Notes under the pieces: generated by a model
Database searches by the model: none
The model's input: the letters and a program-made list of their open reading frames with translations, nothing else
Told to the model about the DNA's origin: nothing
Position numbers and translations under genes: made by a program
IMG/VR virus record: IMGVR_UViG_3300025018_000003
Span: 1 to 64,000 of that record
Length of the DNA: 64,000 nt
DNA from: a virus
Lineage: Duplodnaviria; Caudoviricetes
Direction: 5' to 3' (one strand)
In this document: positions 28,355 to 37,911 of the stretch, piece by piece
Layout of the letters: each line of letters starts with the position of its first letter
How positions within the stretch are numbered: position 1 is the stretch's first letter

Positions 28355-29095
28355 TCATGACTCACCTCCAATCAAATCGCTTGCCGTAAGCCCGTCTGGC
28401 AGCGGAGGGAGAACGGAAAGAACCCCCTGTTTCCCAGCGAGCCTGGCACTGATCTCGTTGGCCTCCTTGGTGGAGATGATCTGCCGGGCATGGAGATCAT
28501 CGACCTCCCACTGGTCTTCAGGATCGAACTCCACTGGGATATTCCGGTCTGTCATCTCCTTCCACTGGATGGGAGCGGAGACGTCTATCGGATTCTCCTT
28601 GTTGACGAAGATCGGCCCAAGGGACGGAGGCCTCACGATCTTCTGGGGCTCGTAGTCCACGAACACCAGATGGTGGCCGGACAACCGATCTTCGAAGACC
28701 GGCTTGACGTCCTCCCACTTCAATCCGCCGATCCCACATCCCACCTGAGGGATCCCGATGACGAACTTCTTGGGGTTCGTCCAGATGAGCCATGAAGCCA
28801 ATGCGTCCAAGCTGTGCTCGATGAACGAGATCTGGGCATTGGCCCCAGGAAGGTTCTGGGTGTAGAGGTTGACAAGGATTCCGTGTTGAACCGGCACAGG
28901 CAGGATCGAGCCTGCGACTACTCCGTGCTGGGTGCAGAGCAGATGATCCGCTCTTTGCACCTCCGGGTAGGCTTGGGCAATCTGCTTGGCAATGCCAGCG
29001 CCCATGATACCACGGCAATTGCAGCCGTGGACGATGACGTCGAAGTGACCAGCTTGGAATAGGGCGAGCAGGTCACCCTTGACTGTTCTGTTCAT
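28355..29095 (-). CDS. Macro domain (ADP-ribose binding/hydrolase, Appr-1-p processing family) with C-terminal extension
   Basis: KGDLL...DVIVHGCNCRGIMGAGIAKQIAQAYPEV...LVNLYTQ...IGIPQVGCGIGGLKWEDV. The true start is taken as MNRTVKG at 29095. Confidence 0.9.
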   Translation of the reverse strand: MNRTVKGDLLALFQAGHFDVIVHGCNCRGIMGAGIAKQIAQAYPEVQRADHLLCTQHGVVAGSILPVPVQHGILVNLYTQNLPGANAQISFIEHSLDALASWLIWTNPKKFVIGIPQVGCGIGGLKWEDVKPVFEDRLSGHHLVFVDYEPQKIVRPPSLGPIFVNKENPIDVSAPIQWKEMTDRNIPVEFDPEDQWEVDDLHARQIISTKEANEISARLAGKQGVLSVLPPLPDGLTASDLIGGES

Positions 29096-29390
29096 CAGAG
29101 TTGGGTTTGAATGGTTCTCCGCAGTGCGGACAAATAGGGATGGGCTCTTCGTCGTGGAAGGTGAAGCGCTCATCGATGGATTCCGTGATACGCCGCATGG
29201 CGTTGTCGACGACCTCGGCGATGTGCCGATCAACATCTCCGTCAGGCACCTTCTCGTAGACGAAGGCATTCCCGACGTATCGGGTGCGTTCCCACTTGAT
29301 GTACCTGGAGTGCTTGTTGACACGGTTGAAGAAGCCGCGGAGACCGCTCTCAATGGCTTCGTCGAGGAGGTCCCTTAGGCGTACTTTCAT
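29073..29390 (-). CDS. Hypothetical protein with C-terminal CPHC motif
   Basis: 105-aa ORF with normal codon bias. Confidence 0.6.
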   Translation of the reverse strand: MKVRLRDLLDEAIESGLRGFFNRVNKHSRYIKWERTRYVGNAFVYEKVPDGDVDRHIAEVVDNAMRRITESIDERFTFHDEEPIPICPHCGEPFKPNSDEQNSQG

Positions 29391-29555
29391 AGGGGTCGGG
29401 GAGGTTGAGACGACGTTGGGCCCACAACAAGGTGGGATAGTTCAGCCTGTTGACGACGTGGAGAGTCTTCCCTCCTCTCCGGCACACGATCTCACAGAGA
29501 CCGTGGACCGGATTGGAGGGACGAAGGGTGATGATGGTTGGGTTGCCCACGGGTG

Positions 29556-29918
29556 TCAACCAGGCAGTACAGGAGGAACCGGATCTTCAGGAGTCGATCC
29601 TTCATCGAGTAGGCTCTTCAGCCTGATGATTTCCTGGGCCAGCGCATCCCTGCCGTAGAAGCAGTTGTCGCAGGCACAGTTCTCTCTTGGTGTTGGGGTT
29701 TCCTCCTCTGGGTCGTCCATCATCCACCCATAGATAGTTTCGAAAAGAGGATTACGGGGATCCTTGTAACAGAGGTTGCCAAGAATCTCCCGCATGGACA
29801 GTCCCGCTTCCAGTTCCTTTTTTAACTCGTCAGTGTAGACGAGATAGCCACCCTTGGGATTTTCGAAGAGCGGGTGAGCGCTCCAGTCACCCGAGATGGC
29901 TAGTCGTTTCAGTGGCAT
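29556..29918 (-). CDS. Hypothetical protein (CACDNCFYG motif)
   Basis: ATG at 29918 couples to the upstream stop; the C-terminal CxCxxC motif is recalled from small phage proteins. Confidence 0.55.
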   Translation of the reverse strand: MPLKRLAISGDWSAHPLFENPKGGYLVYTDELKKELEAGLSMREILGNLCYKDPRNPLFETIYGWMMDDPEEETPTPRENCACDNCFYGRDALAQEIIRLKSLLDEGSTPEDPVPPVLPG

Positions 29919-29920
29919 GG

Positions 29921-30106
29921 TTATCGTGGTTTGTGACGGGATCTCCGTCGGTATTCGTCCTGCCAGCCCTTCCTCTCCTTGAACTCCCACCACCAGTCAC
30001 GAATGCCCAGGTAGGCGAAGATGGAGAGCCAGAAGAGCGTGATCAGGACAAGTAGTCCCAGACCGATCAAGGTCTCGATGGACACGAAGACTTCAAGTGT
30101 GATCAC
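29921..30106 (-). CDS. Small single-pass membrane protein
   Basis: GTG start overlaps the phosphoesterase stop; LIGLGLLVLITLFWLSIFAYLGI followed by a basic tail. Confidence 0.55.
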   Translation of the reverse strand: MITLEVFVSIETLIGLGLLVLITLFWLSIFAYLGIRDWWWEFKERKGWQDEYRRRSRHKPR

Positions 30107-30690
30107 GGCTTGCTCTCCCCGACCTGGTGTGTCGGTGGCAGGTTCTCCAGTGCCATCCTGATCGCCTCCTTCAGCTCGAAGGGGCGGGGGACACCGAAGT
30201 ACTTCCATGCAGGATCTACTCCGACATCCAGACGGCCTGGTGGGTTGGGGGTGACTCCATGGACATGTCCGTGGAGGTTGACGACGTCGCCCTTCCAGAA
30301 CTCGTCGATCATCATGGGCCGGTGGGTCATGAAGACCTCGACTGGGAGTCCCTTGACTCGCAGGATCTTGGCGTCAAGGATCTGGTCAAAACACCCCAGG
30401 AGAGTGTCCGGCCAACTGCGCAGGTTGTCGTGATTGCCGATGACCAGGATCTTCCTGGACGCCGACCTTGACAGGTGCAGAGCCACGTCCTCGCCCTTCT
30501 CCTTGCCGCCGAAGTAGACGTCGCCGAGATGGTAGAGAGTGTCTCCTGCCCTGCACGACGCCTGCAGCATGTCTCCCATCAGCTCGTTCATCTCAGCCAC
30601 CCCTTCATCCGTCAGAGGGACGGGGCGTCCGGTGTACTGGATGATGTTGCGGTGGAAGAAGTGGGTGTCTGCGGTGACGTACGTTTCCAT
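30103..30690 (-). CDS. Calcineurin-like metallophosphoesterase
   Basis: ADTHFFH, LYHLGDV, GNHD, THRP and NLHGHVH motifs. Confidence 0.92.
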   Translation of the reverse strand: METYVTADTHFFHRNIIQYTGRPVPLTDEGVAEMNELMGDMLQASCRAGDTLYHLGDVYFGGKEKGEDVALHLSRSASRKILVIGNHDNLRSWPDTLLGCFDQILDAKILRVKGLPVEVFMTHRPMMIDEFWKGDVVNLHGHVHGVTPNPPGRLDVGVDPAWKYFGVPRPFELKEAIRMALENLPPTHQVGESKP

Positions 30691-31017
30691 GCTTCGTATT
30701 CCTCTGGTTTGAACAGGTAGTCACAGTGACCATCCATGTCCGGTTTCATGTTGCCTGAGAACTTGTCAGGATTGCCGTTGGGGCGGACACAGTCGCGGGC
30801 ACAGGAGTACCCGGGACAGTATTCGACATCGAGGTAGATCATGACAGGCACCCCAGGATGAATAGGCCGATCAGGACCATGAGGCCCAGTCCCAGGAACA
30901 CCACAAAGGTGCGCCACAGGAAGATCAGCAGAGTGCGTGTGGATTGGTTCATATCTTTTTTGGTATGTCAGATGTGACATCTCACTCGGTGGAAGAGTCG
31001 CCTCTCCCACCGGTGAA

Positions 31018-32997
31018 TCAGAGACCTGGCAGCTCGCAGGCTTCTCCGTCGCAGCCCCGTTCAGGAGCCTTCTGGAAACCTTCTACGATGCTGTCGAAGT
31101 CGACTGGGAGCAGCTTTGCGGCCATCTCCAAGTACTTCTCTTCCGTGATCTCTTCGTAGGGCATCTGTGCGTACGCCCCACCTGATTCGAGCTTGGGCAG
31201 GAAGCTGACTCCCTTGAGCTGATACTGGTAGTAGTTCAGCGCGTGGGGAATCTGATCCGCCTCATGCGGCTTGAAGGTGATCGTTGCCGACACCTGGTTG
31301 TCCGCCCAGTGCTTCTGCAGGAAGGCCGCCAGTGCAAGCTGCTCCCACATGGACACCTCGTTGACCGTTCTGATGTTGTTGCCGAGGCTCACAGGGAACT
31401 CGACAATCATGGTACCAGAGTCGTTCACCGAAGGCTCCATGGTGTAGCCAGCCTTGAATAAGGGCTCCAGCAGAGGGCTTGTTTTAGCCACACGAACACG
31501 ACGGATGTAGAACTGGCTCTCCGGGTAGTGCAACCCAGGAGTCGCACCAGCGAGCAGAGAGACGGTACCTGACGGCTTGATGCTCGTGGTCTTGATAGAT
31601 CGCGGCACCGCCAGCCAGTCAGAGTACACCTCGTCGTAGTACTGGATGGTCTCGTAGCCGGACTCCGCCCAGTTGCGGAGAGTCGACAGGCCTCGTTGAG
31701 TGATGAACTGGGCGATGCCAGTCATCGAGGTGCCGATTCTCCTGTTCCGGAGCAGAACCCGGTTGGTCTCCGCCCAGTGAGTGGCCCCGAGGGTCACTGT
31801 CTTGGCGTAGAGGTAGGCGAACTTGAGGGTCCGCTTGAAGGCCTCCAGTGACTCGTGGTTGTGCGGGTAGGTCTCGACCAGGCAACAGAGTTCGTACGGC
31901 TCCAGTGTCTGTTCGAGGCACGGATTCCCACCACGGGCCCGGTGATCCTTGTAGTCAGGACCATTGTTCATGCGGCTGTAGTTCTGCATGTTGGCCAACC
32001 AGGCGTAGCCCGGTTCACCATTACGCGCAGTGCGTAGTGCCGCATGCTCATAGTCCTGGCCGATCTCGGCGAAGATGGAGTTGTTGGACGTCCATCCCCA
32101 ACCGCTTTTCCAGTCATTCCTCTCCGGGTTGACCTCATGGTTCTTGAGGTCGAGGTACTCGTCGGTATCAGGACCAAACACGATTTCCGCGGTTCGGCGG
32201 ACGTTTCCAGCGATGACGCAGGCCCCGATCATGTTCATGATGTCGACGATGTCCGTTGCCGTGAGCATGTTGCCCACGCGGTTCTCCAGCACCTGGATGA
32301 TCCGCTGGTGCAGGAGATAGAGAGGCTCTGGACCTGCAGCCACACCACCGAAGCCCTTGATGGGGGTTCCGGCAGGGCGGATCTTCGAGTAGTCGAACTG
32401 CGGAAGCTGTCTTCCGTGGTTCAACAGGTAGGCATCGATAATCTTGCACGTCGTCACCACCCAGCCCTCCCGGGTATCCGGGATGACGAAGACTTCGTCG
32501 ACGTGTTCGACAGGATGCACCATACAGGTGTCGGCACCACGGACATCGAAGCCCACTCCGACTCCCAGCATGGACATGTCCATGAGGAACTCGAAGGGCT
32601 TCCCTCCTTCCGTGGAGACGTGCTCGGTGCTGACGAACCCGCAGTTGTTCAAGGCCGCGAAGACCTTGCGCTGATCAGTCAGTTCCGAGCCCATGGCCCA
32701 GAGACCACGCCCGGGTGGGGTGAACTTGAGACTCCAGATGCGGTCGAACATCTCCTGCGCAGACTCCTGGGCCTTCTTCGGGTCCCAGCCAAGTCCGTGG
32801 CGGTTGATGTGATCTTCCTGCATCCGGTAGGTCCCTTCCACCACACGGCGGACAGTCTCGAACCACCTTTCATTGGTCCCATCCGCCTTGACCCGCGAGT
32901 AGGTCCGCAGGTAGGTGAACTGACCAAGAGCGCCGAATCCGAAGGGCGGTTTCCGATGCGCATACTTGGCCACGAAGGCGTCATCGAGTTTGAACAT
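31018..32997 (-). CDS. nrdJ: Class II (adenosylcobalamin-dependent) monomeric ribonucleoside-triphosphate reductase
   Basis: TYLRTYSR, FTPPGRGLW, ALNNC, GNVRRTAE, GGNPCLEQ...ELCCLVE and TSIKPSGTVSLLAG. No intein or intron interrupts it. Confidence 0.95.
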   Translation of the reverse strand: MFKLDDAFVAKYAHRKPPFGFGALGQFTYLRTYSRVKADGTNERWFETVRRVVEGTYRMQEDHINRHGLGWDPKKAQESAQEMFDRIWSLKFTPPGRGLWAMGSELTDQRKVFAALNNCGFVSTEHVSTEGGKPFEFLMDMSMLGVGVGFDVRGADTCMVHPVEHVDEVFVIPDTREGWVVTTCKIIDAYLLNHGRQLPQFDYSKIRPAGTPIKGFGGVAAGPEPLYLLHQRIIQVLENRVGNMLTATDIVDIMNMIGACVIAGNVRRTAEIVFGPDTDEYLDLKNHEVNPERNDWKSGWGWTSNNSIFAEIGQDYEHAALRTARNGEPGYAWLANMQNYSRMNNGPDYKDHRARGGNPCLEQTLEPYELCCLVETYPHNHESLEAFKRTLKFAYLYAKTVTLGATHWAETNRVLLRNRRIGTSMTGIAQFITQRGLSTLRNWAESGYETIQYYDEVYSDWLAVPRSIKTTSIKPSGTVSLLAGATPGLHYPESQFYIRRVRVAKTSPLLEPLFKAGYTMEPSVNDSGTMIVEFPVSLGNNIRTVNEVSMWEQLALAAFLQKHWADNQVSATITFKPHEADQIPHALNYYQYQLKGVSFLPKLESGGAYAQMPYEEITEEKYLEMAAKLLPVDFDSIVEGFQKAPERGCDGEACELPGL

Positions 32998-33274
32998 CGA
33001 TTTCTCCGGCCTCCCACCGGCGGCAGTATTCCAGGAATTGCTCCCTGACTTCGTTGATAGCAAATCCGATCAGAGGATAAGTTGCCCTTTCCGCCTGACC
33101 AGGGTTGATCTCGTAGCGTTGGCGCAGCGTCGTCCCAGGGACGTGCTTGCCGAACTCCACGGTGATGCGGCCCATGTGGATCATGATGGAGAACCAGGCT
33201 GAATCGCCCAGATCGCCCATCCTGTTGAAGATCTCCATGACCGCAAGGTGAAGATCACCATGCTGCCTAGTCAT
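32981..33274 (-). CDS. Hypothetical protein, 97 aa
   Basis: Fills the gap between dut and nrdJ with tight coupling. Confidence 0.55.
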   Translation of the reverse strand: MTRQHGDLHLAVMEIFNRMGDLGDSAWFSIMIHMGRITVEFGKHVPGTTLRQRYEINPGQAERATYPLIGFAINEVREQFLEYCRRWEAGEIDVQTR

Positions 33275-33276
33275 GA

Positions 33277-33705
33277 TTACCTCCCTGTGGATCCAAATCC
33301 ACCTTCCCCGCGCTCTGACTCGGAGAGTTCTTCTGCGAGTACCGGGTAGGCGAGGATCACCGGAACGATGAGCAGCTGGGCCACTCGGTCTCCGGCAAGG
33401 TAGTACTGGTTGTATCGAGGACCACCTACACGACGGAATCGAACCTGGATGGTACCCCGGTATCCGGAGTCGATGACTCCGATGGAGTTAGCCAGGGTCA
33501 GTCCTGTCGTGGAGATGGACGATCTTGGAGCGATGAGTCCAACGAAGCCCTCCGGAATCTCGACAGCCAGTCCGGTTTCATACCAGGCCTCGCTGTCAGA
33601 AAACACCATGCGCTCCGCTGCCACCAGATCCAGTCCCGCATCCGTGGAGTTGGCCCTCGTAGGCAGTACGGCTTTCTCGTGCCGTAAGTGAAATTTCAAG
33701 TCCAT
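33277..33705 (-). CDS. dut: Trimeric dUTPase
   Basis: AGLDL, APRSS, GVIDSGYRG, RVAQL and SERGEGGFGSTG (motifs I-V); start at MDLKF. Confidence 0.97.
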   Translation of the reverse strand: MDLKFHLRHEKAVLPTRANSTDAGLDLVAAERMVFSDSEAWYETGLAVEIPEGFVGLIAPRSSISTTGLTLANSIGVIDSGYRGTIQVRFRRVGGPRYNQYYLAGDRVAQLLIVPVILAYPVLAEELSESERGEGGFGSTGR

Positions 33706-33842
33706 GAGTATAGGCTCTTGGGGGCTAGAGACAAAAGCACCCGGCCAGATACCCCAACTGACCGGGTGCTGCACGCAGAGAGCGTATGAGACATGAGGGG
33801 CCTTACAGGGCCCCCCATATCTCGTAGCCATTTCTGTGCCGA

Positions 33843-35435
33843 CTACCAGGTCCAGTCTTCGACGAACACGTCGTCGCAGACCAGCTTGTCCTCGACGAAC
33901 AGCTCGAAGGATTCTTCGTAGGAGCCATCGACTACGGCAGCACGCCACCGGGCCTTGGCTTCATCACGAGTGATGACCTCACGGCCATCATTCTCCTCTT
34001 CGCAGTCGCACTCCTCACACCCACAGTCCGGGCAGCAAGAGTCGTCCTCGTTCTCGTGGTAGTCCTCCAGGAACTCGTCGAAGGATCCTTCGAAGCCATC
34101 CTTCTCGATGGTCTGCTTCCAAGCATTCCTGGCCCGCTCCATGAAGAACAGATCACGATCCCCGCAATAGTTCTCCCGATAGGAGTCTGCAGGAGACTTC
34201 TGGTTCGTAGCCCACGGATCATCGACGTCGAAGTAGGTCTCCTCAAAAGGAGCTTCGATAGGCTCTTCGAGTTCCACGTCGTCAGCATCCGGATTCTCCT
34301 TGTAGATGCTGTTGAGCTTCGTCTTCACGATGTGAGCCTGCTCTTCGATCAGCTTGAAGGCCTCGGTGGACATGTCCACGTTGGCCAGCCGGTCGAGCAG
34401 GTTCATCTCCAGATCCTTGAGAGCCCGGAGAGAGTACGGGGTGTACTCGCCTTCGAAGAACGCGGAAGGAAGCTCCTCCCAGTCGTTGGCATTCCCGGTG
34501 TTCATCACGGCGTACGGGTAGTACTCGCACACCCGGATCTTCGAGTTGTCGTAGTTCGGTAGAGCCACGACGTTCATCGGGTTCACCAGACAGGCGAACA
34601 CGGTGTCGTTGCCGCTACCGAAGTGACGGACGTACTTGAAGGATCCGACATGCAGACCGTAGGAGCACTCGTTGTGGATGTTCGGGTCACACTGCTCACG
34701 CGGCTTGAAGACCGGCACGCCCAACTTGATGTCCATCGAGCGGGAGTGCTTGTCGGTGTAGACCGTCCGTCCTTCCAGCGACTGCTCGTGGATCCGGTTG
34801 AACAGATCCTGCAGCGATCCCAGGGACTTGGTGCACGGAGCAGGATTCGTGTCCGACATGATGGGCCGGATGCTCCGGAAACCATTTGGATTCTCGAACA
34901 CGTAGTAGTGCTCCGGATTCTCTCCCTGTCGCTTCACCTGCAGCCACTCGGTGGCCACGAAGTGCGCGAGATCGAAGGCCCGGTTGTCCTCCTTCTGGGT
35001 GACCGCCTTGTACAGAACCGCCATCCCGGAGTCCGTGATGGTGATGCCGTAGTTCTGGCAGTACTCGAAGAAGCGGTCCCTGGCCGTCGTGTTCGGGTTG
35101 AGCAGACACCAGTGCCAGAAGTTGACCAGCGGATCGATGGGGTATCCCCTGTCAAGGTACTCCATGATCGTCTTGGCCAGCGTAGCAGGCAGCGGGATGT
35201 TGCTCTCGCCGAGGTACAGAGCACCGTTGTCCTCCCGGAGCACACCCGTGCGGATGTACTTCTGGTAGGGGTTGACGATGTCCAGGAGGGCGTCGAGCGC
35301 CTCATCAGACCGTGTGGCACGGTAGGTCTGAGCAGCCTCGTAGAGCTGGTCAGCTTCCCTGCCGGTACGCACACAGTGCTTGGTGCCGAGGATGACGGTT
35401 ACCTTGTCATCCCGACGGATTGCAAAGACTCTCAT
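33843..35435 (-). CDS. rIIB: rIIB-like protein with acidic/Cys-rich C-terminal extension
   Basis: LVNFW...LLNPN...ITDSGMAVLYKAV, CDPNIHNECSYGLHVGS...Y and NPMNVVALP...KIRVCEY; immediately follows rIIA. Confidence 0.85.
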   Translation of the reverse strand: MRVFAIRRDDKVTVILGTKHCVRTGREADQLYEAAQTYRATRSDEALDALLDIVNPYQKYIRTGVLREDNGALYLGESNIPLPATLAKTIMEYLDRGYPIDPLVNFWHWCLLNPNTTARDRFFEYCQNYGITITDSGMAVLYKAVTQKEDNRAFDLAHFVATEWLQVKRQGENPEHYYVFENPNGFRSIRPIMSDTNPAPCTKSLGSLQDLFNRIHEQSLEGRTVYTDKHSRSMDIKLGVPVFKPREQCDPNIHNECSYGLHVGSFKYVRHFGSGNDTVFACLVNPMNVVALPNYDNSKIRVCEYYPYAVMNTGNANDWEELPSAFFEGEYTPYSLRALKDLEMNLLDRLANVDMSTEAFKLIEEQAHIVKTKLNSIYKENPDADDVELEEPIEAPFEETYFDVDDPWATNQKSPADSYRENYCGDRDLFFMERARNAWKQTIEKDGFEGSFDEFLEDYHENEDDSCCPDCGCEECDCEEENDGREVITRDEAKARWRAAVVDGSYEESFELFVEDKLVCDDVFVEDWTW

Positions 35436-37807
35436 TCGTCTTCGTCCTCATCGTTGTTGTTGGTGATGAGCCCTTTCCGCTTGGAGTTGCGGTAGAGAAG
35501 CTCGGGGTTGTCCATGCCCACCTGTTCCATGATCCAGAGCAGGTCGTCGTCAGGGATGGCGTGCATGTTGATGTAGCGTAGGAGACGCCAGCGCCAAGCG
35601 AAGGCCACCAGGGTCTTGAAGAGATTCACGATCTCCTGATCCCAGTGGCCCATTTGCATGAGCCGCTCCTTCTGCTGTTCCAGGATCGCTTCCTGGGTTC
35701 TGGGAATCCATCCAATTCGCGTGTACGAGTTGGAGTAGTTTCTCAGGTCGTTCATCTTCTTTTTGATCGACACAAGGATCGGAATCTGCGTCGTCGTCTG
35801 GAAGACTTCTGTACCGACTGGCCAGGCTCTCGTCAGGAGCTGAGCCGTCAACCATCGCCTCCAGAAACCAGAAGGTGAGTTCATGAAGGCCTTCACATGG
35901 ATGCACCTGGGAATCTCATCGAGAACCCGCATGGTGTCCTGCGCTACCTTTACGACGATCACTTTCTGCTTAAGGAGGTTCCAGCGACCTTCGGTATCGT
36001 ACCTCATCTGACTCACTGCGAACTGCGCCGCGAGGAGCAGATCGTGGTCTTCAGAGCCACCATAAATGAAGGTGCCCTTGTGCTTCTCCACATCGCCGAT
36101 GGTGGTGTTGTGGATAAAGTATCGGGCCGCGCTGTTGTATCCTTCCAGCACCAGCGGTCTCAGGGTCAAGGGCATTTTGGCTCTGATCACCACCTGTTCC
36201 TTCGGTATCTTGGATGCGCCTTGACGACGCAGCTTGGAACGCTCACGGAGCTTCTCCGACCACTCATCAGGGATCTGGATGTCATCGTAGACACCCTGGG
36301 ACTTGTCGAGGAGGAACTCCTCGATCTCCAATAGGGTGGCCACGAAGTCCATTCTCTCCTGATCGTTGGCCCAGTTCGACTTTCCGCCGAGTTGCCAGTG
36401 ACCGAAAGAGATACTCTTGATCGAAGGATCATCAGGATCGAAGCTGAACCTGCGCTTCACGAGGTAAAAGCTGTGGAGTCCCATCCCCTCGTTGAGGTAC
36501 GAGTTGATGTTCGGCTTGGAGACGTTGTCCACAGTGAGCAGGAAGGCCTTGTCTTCAAGCAGCAATCTGAAGAGGTCAGTACCGTAGTACTTCGTCTTGC
36601 TGGTTCGGCCATCTTCCACGAGCTTCGTGATTTCCCACGCGTAGAGTGGGTCTTTCATCACGAAGGGATGATCAGGCCACACCACTTCCATCTTGAGGAT
36701 GTTGTTGACGTGCGGGATGACCACCCCGTTCGGAAGCTTCAGAGAAGAAGACTGGGTCTGGGCCCGGGCAGTGATGAACTGCTCCGCGGTCTTGATGTCA
36801 GCAAACTGACTGTCCCAGATGTCCTGAAGCTCCTGCTTGGCCTCTTCGAAGCGCTGCTTGATGATCTCCTTGGAGTCCTTCGTATACTCGATAGACTCCC
36901 TGTTCCACACCACCGGCAGCTCGCCGATGTCGAAGTACAGACCGATGGGCACACGACCCTCCGAGTAGGAGGAGAGGCCCAGGGCGATGAAGTCCAGCGG
37001 GTAGTAAACCTTCCCGAGGCAGATGTGCATCTGATCGACCACCTGGTCATTGCGGTAGACGAAGTGTTTCCCGCGGTAGACAGTGGTGTCCTTCAGATCC
37101 AGGCCGATGATGGTGAAGCCGTCGAAGTACCGCAACTGGGTTGTCACAGACTTCCGGAATTCCCCATAGTCGGTCTCTGTCTCGATGGGCACGATGACTT
37201 CAGTGCCATTGGCCCGTCGGTCAGGAAACTGTCCGATCAGCTCCAGGCGAGGAGCAGTGGCACCTGAGTGGATCAGGTACTCGTACCTGGTACCGAAGAA
37301 CCAGGTATTCATCTGGAAGGCGTTGGTGTAGCCCAGAGGACTCTTGCTTCCCAGACCGAAAGCTCCGATGAAGTCGTTGCTGGCACGCTTCGTTGAGGAA
37401 AAGAACTTCGTCATGATGTTCTTCATCCTGCTCGGGGAGATGCCTACCCCGTAGTCACGGAAGATGATCTTCCGGTCAGTGCTTCCCAGTCCGCGTGGTG
37501 AGACCAGTTCGATCTCAATGTCGCGCTCCTTCCACTTGCTGAAGTGCGCTCTCAACGAGTCCAGGTCCCCGGTATACCCGAGGGCTCTCAGCTCGTCGTC
37601 AGACATCTTGGGAATCGCCATCGCTTCACGGTGAGCATCGAAGGAGTTCGAGGCTACCTCACGGACGATGGCATCGATGGGCTTGGCGTACTGGTAGAAG
37701 GCCCTGATGGCCATCCCCATACCTTCTGCAGCGATGCCGTAATCCTGTCCCTGGAGGTCGTCTCCATCGGTCAGAATTTCAGCATCGACCATATGGTCAA
37801 GCTTCAT
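35432..37807 (-). CDS. rIIA: rIIA-like protein (HSP90/GHKL ATPase N-terminus)
   Basis: AIVREVASNSFDAH, FRDYGVGIS, FFSSTKRASNDFIGAFGLGSKSPLGY and NGTEVIVP. Confidence 0.9.
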   Translation of the reverse strand: MKLDHMVDAEILTDGDDLQGQDYGIAAEGMGMAIRAFYQYAKPIDAIVREVASNSFDAHREAMAIPKMSDDELRALGYTGDLDSLRAHFSKWKERDIEIELVSPRGLGSTDRKIIFRDYGVGISPSRMKNIMTKFFSSTKRASNDFIGAFGLGSKSPLGYTNAFQMNTWFFGTRYEYLIHSGATAPRLELIGQFPDRRANGTEVIVPIETETDYGEFRKSVTTQLRYFDGFTIIGLDLKDTTVYRGKHFVYRNDQVVDQMHICLGKVYYPLDFIALGLSSYSEGRVPIGLYFDIGELPVVWNRESIEYTKDSKEIIKQRFEEAKQELQDIWDSQFADIKTAEQFITARAQTQSSSLKLPNGVVIPHVNNILKMEVVWPDHPFVMKDPLYAWEITKLVEDGRTSKTKYYGTDLFRLLLEDKAFLLTVDNVSKPNINSYLNEGMGLHSFYLVKRRFSFDPDDPSIKSISFGHWQLGGKSNWANDQERMDFVATLLEIEEFLLDKSQGVYDDIQIPDEWSEKLRERSKLRRQGASKIPKEQVVIRAKMPLTLRPLVLEGYNSAARYFIHNTTIGDVEKHKGTFIYGGSEDHDLLLAAQFAVSQMRYDTEGRWNLLKQKVIVVKVAQDTMRVLDEIPRCIHVKAFMNSPSGFWRRWLTAQLLTRAWPVGTEVFQTTTQIPILVSIKKKMNDLRNYSNSYTRIGWIPRTQEAILEQQKERLMQMGHWDQEIVNLFKTLVAFAWRWRLLRYINMHAIPDDDLLWIMEQVGMDNPELLYRNSKRKGLITNNNDEDEDE

Positions 37808-37911
37808 GATTCAGTGTCCTTAATTGTGGTCAGTGGGTGTACACCATTGGGGGCAGGCATAGCGGTAGTGAACAGATTCACTGGATGTGGGCTGTCCACT
37901 ACCGCATACAC

